Source: Octopus vulgaris
Lineage: Eukaryota
Length of the DNA: 64,000 bases
Assembly: GCA_951406725.2 (NCBI GenBank)
Contig: OX597822.1
Coordinates: 32,116,001 to 32,180,000 of the forward strand
Reading direction: 5' to 3'
Shown piece after piece: positions 53,428 to 64,000 of this stretch. Positions within the stretch are counted from its first letter, which is position 1; each line of letters starts with the position of its first letter. The notes beneath the pieces were generated by a model. The model made no database searches, was not told the origin of the DNA, and was given only the letters and a program-made list of their open reading frames with translations. The position numbers and the translations under genes were made by a program.

Positions 53428-54531
53428 CATTAGAATAACATATATTAGAATAATGAACAAGAGAAATAAATAGAAAATTAGGAAGTTTCTAACATTCTAA
53501 CAATGCAGGTATATAAGTTGAAAATCCCTCATTTATTGCATGCGTAGATGCCCAAGTTCAGAAGGATACAGTCACAGATGATTGGCACTGATGCCTACCT
53601 GCAACATGTTCGCCACCGCCGATGCCGTTGCTTGCTGCGATGAGGATACTTGCTTTTGTCAGCCGCTACCTTGTCAATGACTACAACAAGGATATACACA
53701 ACCAACGCTACAACCGATTAATAAATTACACAGCATTTGTCACCAGCAACAACGTCCATATGCACAACCACCTTCACCAACACCATTAACTACCTGACTT
53801 GATTGTTTTAAGATCAGTGACTATGTGTCGCTTAGTGTTCTATGTTTTGCGAGCTGCAGTGAACTACTGCTATCTCTAGCGGGCAAGTATCCACCACAGT
53901 TGATGACCACAAAGAGATCGAAACTGCATGGTCTGATGGGCTCGTGGCGTGGCTAGAACGTGGTAGGAGTTCACTCCTCTGCTTGCAATATATATCGGGT
54001 GCAGATTGACTCGAATATGCAGCTGGAGGAGATGTCATACTGCGATTGAAAATAACAGTAACATCAATTCCTGCGGAACAGCCAAGTTTAAGTAGCGCAA
54101 AACATTACTTCTCAGTATAGTTTCTGCTCTTATCTCTTATAAAGATATTCTAAGTTGCTAATTTGCTTGTTATATTGTCATGTTTTCTTTTTCTTCTTTG
54201 ACAAATAAACACACGTGCTATATAATTGTTCATCATTCGTTTGTTAGATTTCTTATTTTCATTTTAAGTCAAGTCCATTATAAAATTGTAGAAGTCTACA
54301 GTTTATTTTCCTTGCAACTAATGGCTTGAAGAAGAATGAAATATTGTGAATAGAGCTGGAAAGAGGAATAAATTGTGGTTGAGAGTTAGCAGCGGTGTGA
54401 GCAGAAGTCAGCTATATTTTGGACATGAGTTAGAATAAAAAGAAAAAAGAACAGTGATAAACTAGTGAAGAACAAATATATAGTGCGTGTGTTTATTTGG
54501 CAAAAAAACAATGAACGTCCCGAAATGCAAC

Positions 54532-54602
<71 letters not shown>

Positions 54603-55889
54603 TTGCAGTTGGAGAACCATCCTATCATCCAAATGGTACCATTTGAAGAATGTTGCAAGTTAAAGTTATCACAATTTCTTCTTCGTGGCTTACCACTTTG
54701 TTTAGATTCAGAAGTTACAGGAAAATGTCCTGAATAGTTTTGGCCATATCCGAAACTGCGTGAATAATTAGCAATTGCTGTTTCCAGGGCCTTAACAATC
54801 ATCTGGGCTGCAACTTTCTGAACCTAATCTATTTGGCGAACCAATGTCTCCAATAGAGAGAATCTCAGTATCTTCACTATTGTGATTGTAGATGAGAGAT
54901 TATTTTGTTACTTTCTGAGCATATGTGGAATGGTGGACAGAAACCATGCCATTCCTTTTTACAGGTCGATCGTTTTGAACGCTGGTAATTGTTATTGGGA
55001 GTCTTCTGTCTTCTATAACTTTCACGGCGATTTTTCTCAGAAATTTGGTGGTGTTCTTCATACTGGACTACTAGAGTAATGAGACTCATTCTGGTTATAA
55101 TTTGTATGAGATGCAGGTGGATCAGTAATACTCTTGTTTGCGGCTGCCTGCCGTACTTTCCTATCAAATCACTTCTATCTATTCTGTACAAAGTCGGATT
55201 CACTACATTTCGTGAAGGAACACTTGCAAGACGAGCCAATTCTATGGTCTTTAAAACTAGATGCTTCATTAAGCGGTCTTACCACTCGGGATGTACATTC
55301 AAATTTGTTTCCTTCGGAAGAATGGGCAAGGTTTGAAGATACCATTCCTTGGTAAGGTCATCAAAGTCTAAACCAATATTTTTACTTCCGTACTGATGAC
55401 TCCATCCAGAGAATAAGATCAAATTTTCATCCATGCTGAGGATCTTCTAGAAGGCTCAGCTGAAAATCCTGGCAGCGGGCATGCCCCGATCTCGGCTTCC
55501 CGACCTACCACCGGCATTTCTACATCTTCTGCCCGAATATCGTCCTTGTTTGTAGTAGCCATAGTCCAAATTCCCACCACTTATGTCAGCCATCCCTTGA
55601 CTCACTGAGGAAGGTATACTGGTGTTCACCACGAATGTGTTTGCTATTCTGCCTGAAGATACTGTCAAAGTGGACAGTCCACCAGTCACCCACCTCCTAG
55701 ATTAGGGAAGAGGAAAAAAGTAGTTTCCTCTCGAGAAAATTTCCCCGTTCTTAACAGATCCTGAATTTGGAAAATAAGATCCAAAACAAGATAGGGAGGC
55801 CGGCGTAGGATATGTGGGCGTAAGGAATAGAGCTTCAAAACTCAACCTGCACAAAGCCCTAGAACTGAGACAATGCCTCACCAAAACCG

Positions 55890-55977
<88 letters not shown>

Positions 55978-57143
55978 CGGGCTTCTTTAACTTACCGTGT
56001 ACCAAAACCACTCACACCACTTTAATCAAGCAAAAAGAAATCTAAATTTATGCACACCGACAACACAGTCACTTGTTGCAGCTTTTTTCATTCATGCAAA
56101 ATGTTAGAAGTGTACAATTTATTTTGTTTGTAACTAAATGACATGAAGAAGAATGAAATATTGTGTTTTATAAATTATATTGTGAAAAGAGCTGGAAACG
56201 AGGATAAACTGTGGTTGAGAGTTAGCAGGGCTGTGAGTGGAAGTGAACTATATCTTGTTATTATATGAATCTGCATAATTCAATAAGAAAAAATTAATCC
56301 CATTGGAAGCTTGGTGGAGGAGAATGTTTCGAAGAGAGGCGAGAATTAATGGCTAATGTAACTGTGTTAATGAGAAAATACAAATAACTAGTTGCGATAT
56401 GACGAAGTAAAAATATAATAGACGCGGATTAAGTTGTGAAATTCTGGAGAACCCAGAAAATCAAAATGCATTAGTTTATATGTTTATGGTTTTACATAAC
56501 TATCTTCTTGGTCCTGACAGTACGTAATGTATTTATCAGCTTATTTATTTACTAAGCAGGTGAGCAATTAAAAAGACGTTTTAATGATATGTAAATATTC
56601 TTCATATATATTTTATTCTTTTTAATCGCTTTATGAGATATTCTATTAAATATTTATTTATGCATATATTTATATTTTACGTTTATGTAGGTAAAATGGT
56701 GGAGAATGAGAGTATATAAATAAATCTATCATGGGAGAAAAAATAGCGATTGATAAGGTGGAGGCGGTTGAGGGAGAGGAAAGCGGTTATGTAAGTGCTA
56801 TGTGAATTTGAGGTATTGTAACAAAAATTCTAGGAATTCATTTGCTTATTTAATGATACTTGCTAATGGCTCATTTAATTATGATTATCATTAGAGACAG
56901 GTGGAGAAATTCCTAGCGAGAGAAATTAAACATAAGCAATTGTGAGTGTTCAAAGTATAATTAATGCGTTGATTTCAAACAAGTTGTAAGAGTTACTGAA
57001 AGTTTTATGTAATTGAGTTTCTATCGAATACATTAATAAGTGATATAGTGTATGCTTATAATTTGTGACAATGACAGAACGATTGTTTTCAGTATAAACA
57101 CACACACACTTACAGATCGATAAATAGATAGATAAATAGATAG

Positions 57144-57174
<31 letters not shown>

Positions 57175-57261
57175 GAATAGATAGATAGATAGATAAGATA
57201 TGTAATTTCGACAGTCGTTTATTCATCGTATCATCGGCACAAATATATATATATATATATA

Positions 57262-57466
57262 CTCATTTAATTGTTTCACTTATTTGACTGCGGCTATGCT
57301 CGAGCACCGCCTTTAATCGAGCAAATCGACACCAGAACTTATTCTCTGTAGTTCTAGTACTTATTCTATCAGCTTCTTTTTGCCCAACCGCTAAGTTACA
57401 CACAGGCCTCGGTTGTCAAGCAATGGTGTGGGGACAAATACAGACACACAAACATATACTCACACA

Positions 57467-57511
<45 letters not shown>

Positions 57512-57668
57512 GACGGGCTTCTTTCAGTTTCCGTCTACCAAATCCACTGACAAGTCTTTGGTCGGCCCGAGGCTGTAGAAGAAGAAACTTGCCCAAGGTG
57601 CCACGCATTGGGACTGAACACGGAACCATGTAGTTGGTAAGCAAGCTACTTACCACACAGCCACTCGA
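57262..57668 (-). mobile_element. SINE family A
   Basis: Consensus match. Confidence 0.88.
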
Positions 57669-57801
57669 GCCATACCTGAATCATAAGGTATATATATATA
57701 TATATATATGAGAAAATATATATGAGAAAATTCACGACAATTGGCCATCATCGCCACGTACAACCCTCCACAAACGACCAACTGAATTCAGAGGTTTTTA
57801 A

Positions 57802-58425
57802 AGGCAGCGAGTTGGCAGAAACGTTAGCGCGCTAGACGAAATTCTTAGCGGTATTTCGTCTGCCGTTACGTTCTGAGTTCAAATTCTGCCGAGGTCGACT
57901 TTACCTTTCATCCTTTCGGGGTCGATTAAATAAGTACCCGTTACGCACCGGGGTCGATATAATCGACTTAATCCGTTTGTCAGTCCTTGTTTGTTCTCTC
58001 TGTATTTAGCCCCTTGTGGGTAGTAAAGAAATAGGTATTTCTTCTGCCTCTACGTTCTGAGTTCAAATTACTCCGAGGTCAACTTTGCCCTTCATCCTTT
58101 CGGGGTCGATAAATTAAGTACCAGTTACGCACTGGGGTCGAATTAATCGACTTAATCCGTTTGTCTGTCCTAATTTGTCCCCTCTGTCCTTGTGTGTAGC
58201 CCCTTGTGGGCAGTAAAGAAATAAGAAACTTTAGCACGCCGGGCGAAATGCTTAGCGGCATTTCATCTGCCGCTACGTTCTAAGTTCAAATTCCGCCTAG
58301 GTCGACTTTGCCTTTCAACCTTTCGGGGTCGATAAATTAAGCACCAGTTGCGTACAAGAGTCGATCTAATCGACTGGGCCCCAAACTCCCCCGAAACGTC
58401 GGGCCTTGTGCCTAGAGTAGAAGAG
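57802..58425 (+). mobile_element. Head-to-tail array of three SINE family B units
   Basis: Junctions at ~58033 (tail to ggtatttc) and ~58223 (tail to agaaac.ttagc). Confidence 0.9.
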
Positions 58426-58799
58426 AATTCAGTGGTTTTTAAGCGACATAATAACCCGAACTCCTCTTATCATAAACCACTACTTATATCTTCCTTTCAC
58501 TGTGTAAACTATACAAGCGCAATATTGAAACCCCCTTTAATAGTATAATAGGCTCTCCTGCAGAGCGAAACAAGCATTCCATTTGCCGGATTCTACATGT
58601 ATGAAAGAACAAATTTTCTTTAATTTTTACTATCGTGTCGTTTTCTTTAAGTCAAATCGGAGGAGCGGTTGTTCTACTAAGCAAGGTAATTAGATGAATA
58701 TACATATAAATAGATACACAGGCACACATGTATGTGTTTATGTATGTATACTCTCATATACACATATATGTACGTGCATGCGCACACCAACTCGTATAT

Positions 58800-60030
58800 G
58801 CCAAACCAAATTCTGCACAGTTCCGAGCCAAAAATTGACGAGATCTAGACTATCAGTAGAGTACACGTGAACCATGTATCACGCTGTTGGACTTGAATTT
58901 AGTCTTCGTGCTTTGACACAAACCTTACATAAATGTCTACGTCTATCCGAATTTCTTGTGACTGCTTTGGCGCAGTTCTCTGATAAAAGCTGACTTGAGC
59001 TCATATTAGAAATATATTCATACCATTTTCTCTCAACGCGCGCTTCATTCATTAGAAATTTGGTTTGCACCAAATCAACCAGAACGTATTGAAAATGAAT
59101 AGATACGTAATTGCTTGGACTCTCGCTGTTTTTCCCACATCTCAGGAATTGTTTTCTGATTGGAAGACATCAACACGCATGATGTCTGCCAATAATTTGT
59201 TTTTTAGATTCTCTAAACTATAACCGACACTCTTGTTGCATTAATCAGTCCGGCAGGATAAAATGACGGGGAAACACTTTAGGGTCACAAAATTTCCTTA
59301 CACCAGTTAATCGCGTGTTATGAACACACATCTTGTCAAGGGAGATTTTTTCCGCTAAAGAAAAACAACAGCAATCGGATATTTGCATTCGAATCAGCCA
59401 CAATGCCGTGAGAATGGATAGCTAAGTTATAGAATAATCAAATTATATTTCTAATTTAAATAACCAGTCTGGAATGTTACGTCTCAAACTGGTGATTACT
59501 TATAAAGGACGAAATTCGAAAGTTTTCCAGCGAATGTGTCGTAAATAAAACATCAACCTCTTCATGAATCTATTCTCTTTTAATAACTATGTAAATATTC
59601 TGTGCCTTGTAGTAGGCCCCTCGAATCTTGATGGAACAGTATAGATGGCGTAATAATATAGAGCATGTCTTGGAATTTTAGAGGTTGGTGAAATTTCCTT
59701 CCAACCGCAGCCATTTTTTATTCGAAGATGAGACAGGCAGATATACAGAAAAAAATACGTAGAGAAAAGTCAATGCTACAACTAATATTATACTGATCAA
59801 CCCCGAACATATAAACGGGAAAAGTTAGTGTCAGCACTATTTGATCTCGGATAACTCAAACACGGAAAGAAGAGTGGAACACCTATTTAACGCTCTAATA
59901 ATTAGACCAATTTGCCGCCTTATGTAAATATAAATTAGCTGTAAGATAGTGTGATATGTAGCGTTCATTAAATAAGAGCTCTCGTCTACAACAACTGCCA
60001 AATTATGTGCAACTGTTGGCGCCAAAAACA
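58800..60030 (-). pseudogene. Possible very decayed piggyBac-like transposase
   Basis: LAVVVDESS (cf. first catalytic VDESM) near 59980 and RRHLCKVC (Cys-rich tail) near 58930, at plausible spacing; the sequence between is not recognisable. Confidence 0.3.
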
Positions 60031-60134
60031 AATTAGTTTGTTAGTGTTTCTCATATTGAATGGCAACAAGTGTGCGAGTTGGAATGCTTAATGACTGTTA
60101 TTGCTGCTGTTGTTGTGGTTGCTAAATATGACAA

Positions 60135-60154
60135 TTATTATTATTATTATTATC

Positions 60155-60232
<78 letters not shown>

Positions 60233-60260
60233 GTTGTTGTTGTTATCATCATCATCATCA

Positions 60261-60316
<56 letters not shown>

Positions 60317-60344
60317 GTTGTTGTTGTTGTTGTTATCAACATCA

Positions 60345-60385
<41 letters not shown>

Positions 60386-60400
60386 ATTATTATTATTACT
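60135..60400. repeat. (TAT)n/(CAT)n/(TGT)n compound microsatellite
   Basis: Read directly. Confidence 0.96.
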
Positions 60401-60994
60401 ATTTCGTGTCTATATCAAATTTTTCCTTACTCATTCTGAAATCGTGCAGGTGTTTTTGAAGCAAAATAGACATAAAGTTCTTTGTGGCTTATACACTATT
60501 CTGTTTTAATAATCAGTTCGCTAATTTCAGTAATTTTGGCATTGATATTATGTGAGACTCTAAAACATTTTTTGAAAGATTGAAAATAGTAATTAGCACA
60601 ATTTCAAGAAAATTTTACCCGACAGAAGTCATGACATTATAACCGACACGGGAATTTTAAATTTACTTCATAATAGCTAGAAACTCTGAAAGAATTTATG
60701 TCCCCACGTGAAAACTCCAACAATAATAACAAAATAAAAATGCGATCGTACGGATTTCTACCTTCACTGTTATTATTAATATATCGCCTGATATTGCTCA
60801 CTTTTAAGGCATATTAGATTACAAAGAGCGGTTCTAATTATACGCTTTAACTATGCACTTACTACCATAGCTCTCTATATACCACACATTTAACAACCTT
60901 ATAAACAAATATACAGAGAGATATGTATGTGACTGCGTGTATATATATGTGTGCACGTGTGAGTGTGTATTGGTTTATATTCTTTTATACTCTA

Positions 60995-61195
60995 GACACA
61001 AGGCCGGAAATTTTGGGGAAGGAGGCCAGTCGATTAGCTCGACACCGGTACGCAGCTGGTACTTAATTTATCGATCATAAAAGAATGACAGGTAAAGTCG
61101 ACCTCAAAGGAATTCGAACTCAGAACATACAGAACGACAAAATGCCGCTAAGCATTTTGCCCGCCGTACTAACGTTTCTGACAGTTCACCGACTT
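60995..61195 (-). mobile_element. SINE family B variant
   Basis: gacacaaggcc...ggtacttaatttatcga...aaagtcgacctc...gctaagcattt. Confidence 0.8.
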
Positions 61196-61416
61196 CGTGT
61201 GTTGATGTATATTGGTGAATATACATATGATTCAGTGTTTACACGATATTTTCTTGCTATTTTTTCCCACTTATGGCAGACGTTTTTCATATTTTATTGC
61301 AAGCTTCAACATTAGCAATTCCTGAAGATTCAGCTTAGAAAAAACGTATTCCTATTCATTTTATATAAATATTTATCCTGTAAATATATTAAAGCGTAGA
61401 CATTCATTTATATGTG

Positions 61417-61475
<59 letters not shown>

Positions 61476-61582
61476 GTATATATTTATATATATGTGTGTG
61501 TGTATGTATATATATATATAAATATACCCACACATATATATATATGTATATGTGTGTGCAAATATGTGTACATATATGTATT

Positions 61583-61615
<33 letters not shown>

Positions 61616-61644
61616 ATTTCTACACTCATGATTATATATATATA

Positions 61645-61901
61645 TAAAATAACGAGGGTAGAAATTGATAGCAATCAATTAACATCAATTTAAACCAGTG
61701 GTCCAGCATATAAAAAAATCCGATGATTTGAAAATTATATTACAATTAATAAGGTGAATAACCACTAAGGTGGATTGCTATACGCTAGAGATAGACGTCA
61801 AATCGCCTTACCACAAAGAGTGTGTTCTCAAGAAAAAAATTTTCTCTTCATTCGACGTCTATCTCTAGGTTATAGGAATCCACTTTAGTAGTCCTTCCTC
61901 T

Positions 61902-61910
<9 letters not shown>
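61645..61910. mobile_element. (TA)n-embedded PLE-type end with imperfect fold-back
   Basis: Arms 61744-61799 and 61854-61909 share ctagagatagacgtc exactly; homologous to 33771-34140. Confidence 0.7.
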
Positions 61911-61967
<57 letters not shown>

Positions 61968-63489
61968 TATTGTTATATGATCAACTTCTTTCAGGGAAAG
62001 TCGTTTAACGTATTCTAACGTTTTTCTTGCGACTTCAGACACATATTTTGATAGAAATATTTTCACACAATTTAATCAGATGGTATTTCGGCGAAGGGAG
62101 ATTCAAAAGGAAGCCATTCAAATTTGTCATACGATTTTTGTATACAGACGCAGGAACAAGCACACACGTACAATCACGAGCCTGCACATAAATACACATG
62201 AATACATACATACATACACACATACATACATACATACATACATACATACATACATACATACATACATACATACATACATAAATCCATACATAGAAATATA
62301 TATATATATATATAATATATACATACATATATATATATATATATATAATATATACATACATGTATATATATATATTTATATATATACACCCCCAACATGG
62401 TTTATACGCACACACAAATACATATACATATATATATGTATATGTATATATGAATATATACATACATAAACATACGCACACATTTATGTGTGTATGCTAA
62501 CATTTTTATATACTTTTGTGTTTTTATATGTTGATATTTAAGTGATTTGTTTGTGTGATTGTGTGTATATTTTTCTATGTATACACAATCGTATATTCGT
62601 CTACACTGTAATTTTAAGATTCCATTTCAAGATAAATGTCTTGTTGTTATAAATGTCTAAACTACATCAAATTATCTTTTCTTGTCGCATCTAACACATT
62701 TCCAGACGAGTTGTTTGTTATAATTAGTTCGGTAAGACGGAATTTCATTTGAGTCTTGGAATTTTGGATAACCAACTAAAATGATGTATCTTACTTTGAT
62801 CACAAATTCTGAAATATGTAATACGTTCAGTAAAACTTTTATAGATTCAGGTCCTATATTTTATCAAATCTACGATGCGTAATCATACTATATATGTGTA
62901 ATAAATATTAGTTTGTAATTAAAAAACCTGAAGAATTGGTGGCGCCAGGTGAATCTGAAAACAGTGATCTTAATACGTTTTTAAACGCGTTATCAACGTA
63001 ATCAAGTTTAATGGCTTATAAATGAGAAATGAATCTTTGTAGTTGATTTGTCTTCCATAAAATTCATCTCCTCACTTTTCAGAAGTTGCCGCATGTCTTG
63101 TGGTCGAGTGAGGTGGAGTGTGGTAGGTGTGAAATGTATCCTATTTCAATTGAATTCAACAGGTTTTACAGCCGACAGGTTTTTAATTACATCAGTGCTT
63201 TCTTTTTTTTTATTCAATGAACGAGCAATGGGCTAAACCACAAATAAATAATTCAGACCACTTACATTAAGTGTTATGAAATGCGGGACACATATTCAAT
63301 TTCGTCAAGTGTTTTCTAAGTTCAAACTTATATTAAAAACTGAACTAGGATTTGATTTCTGAAAGTTTCTAAATTATGATATCGGTGCCGTAACAATAAA
63401 GATTCTATGGAGTGTGGTGGGGTAGAATTTATAAGAACTGAGTAATAATTCAAGCATAACACTAGAAAAACCAAATTTGTCACAACTGC

Positions 63490-63810
63490 CTTTCCGTCGA
63501 TTAAGAAAACAAAGGTTCCAGTTGATATGGTCAACGAAACAGTCGGCTCGCGAAATCAACGTGCAAGTGACTGAGCACTTCACAGACACGCGCATTTTTA
63601 ATGTAGTTCTGAGAGTGGTTCAGCGGGACACAGACTGTGATATGACTGGCATTTTGAGTTACATGTATAACTCATATTTGACAGCTGAGTTGGCTGGTGC
63701 AGCGGGAAATAAAGCACTTTGTGCAAGTTCACAAAGCGCCACTAAGGCATCAAAATCACGATCTTACGATTGTGAGCCGAATACCCTAACCACTAAGCCA
63801 CACTTCTTCA
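63490..63810 (-). mobile_element. tRNA-derived SINE, fourth family, degenerate
   Basis: Minus-strand head gtgtggcttagtggttagggtattcggctcacaatcgtaagatcgtg. Confidence 0.6.
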
Positions 63811-64000
63811 CAGTTATCATCTTGAGTTGTATCAGGAAATGAGGATCAAAATGCCCTTAATATTATTGAGTATGTTCCATGCGAAGCCTCAGTGCAATTT
63901 GATATCATAGACTCTGCCTGCAGTGTAAAATTATCTAAAAGGCTAAAAACAATCTTACTCTGTTATCGAGACTTAATATATTTGGCATGGCTGCGTGATT

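Overview
AT-rich, microsatellite-dense eukaryotic (animal) DNA with no recognisable host protein-coding exon; it is intergenic or intronic. The SINE and microsatellite repertoire resembles an octopus/coleoid cephalopod genome (inference from recalled repeat families, not searched). Nearly all short ORFs in the track are translations of (TA)n, (CA)n, (TACA)n, (TAT)n or of SINEs. The real content is a dense set of transposon remnants: two Penelope-like (PLE) GIY-YIG fragments plus many PLE-type 3' ends sitting in (TA)n; RLE (R4/Dong-like) LINE 3' ends, several beside (TAA)n; CR1-group LINEs, one with an unbroken 437-aa RT ORF; a full-length dead mariner; a MULE with a 9-bp TSD nested in a decayed Ty3/Gypsy; a Helentron-type non-autonomous element; and several tRNA-SINE families. 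The most notable signal is RNA structure. Five well-formed type I hammerhead ribozyme (HHR) motifs can be read by eye (677-760, 6603-6648, 34205-34278, 41964-42018, 44278-44358), plus four weaker or variant ones. There are also recurrent (TA)n-embedded fold-back inversions, one carrying two opposed HHR cores, and an inverted duplication of host DNA at a PLE 5' junction. All structures were paired manually; no folding or database search was run.
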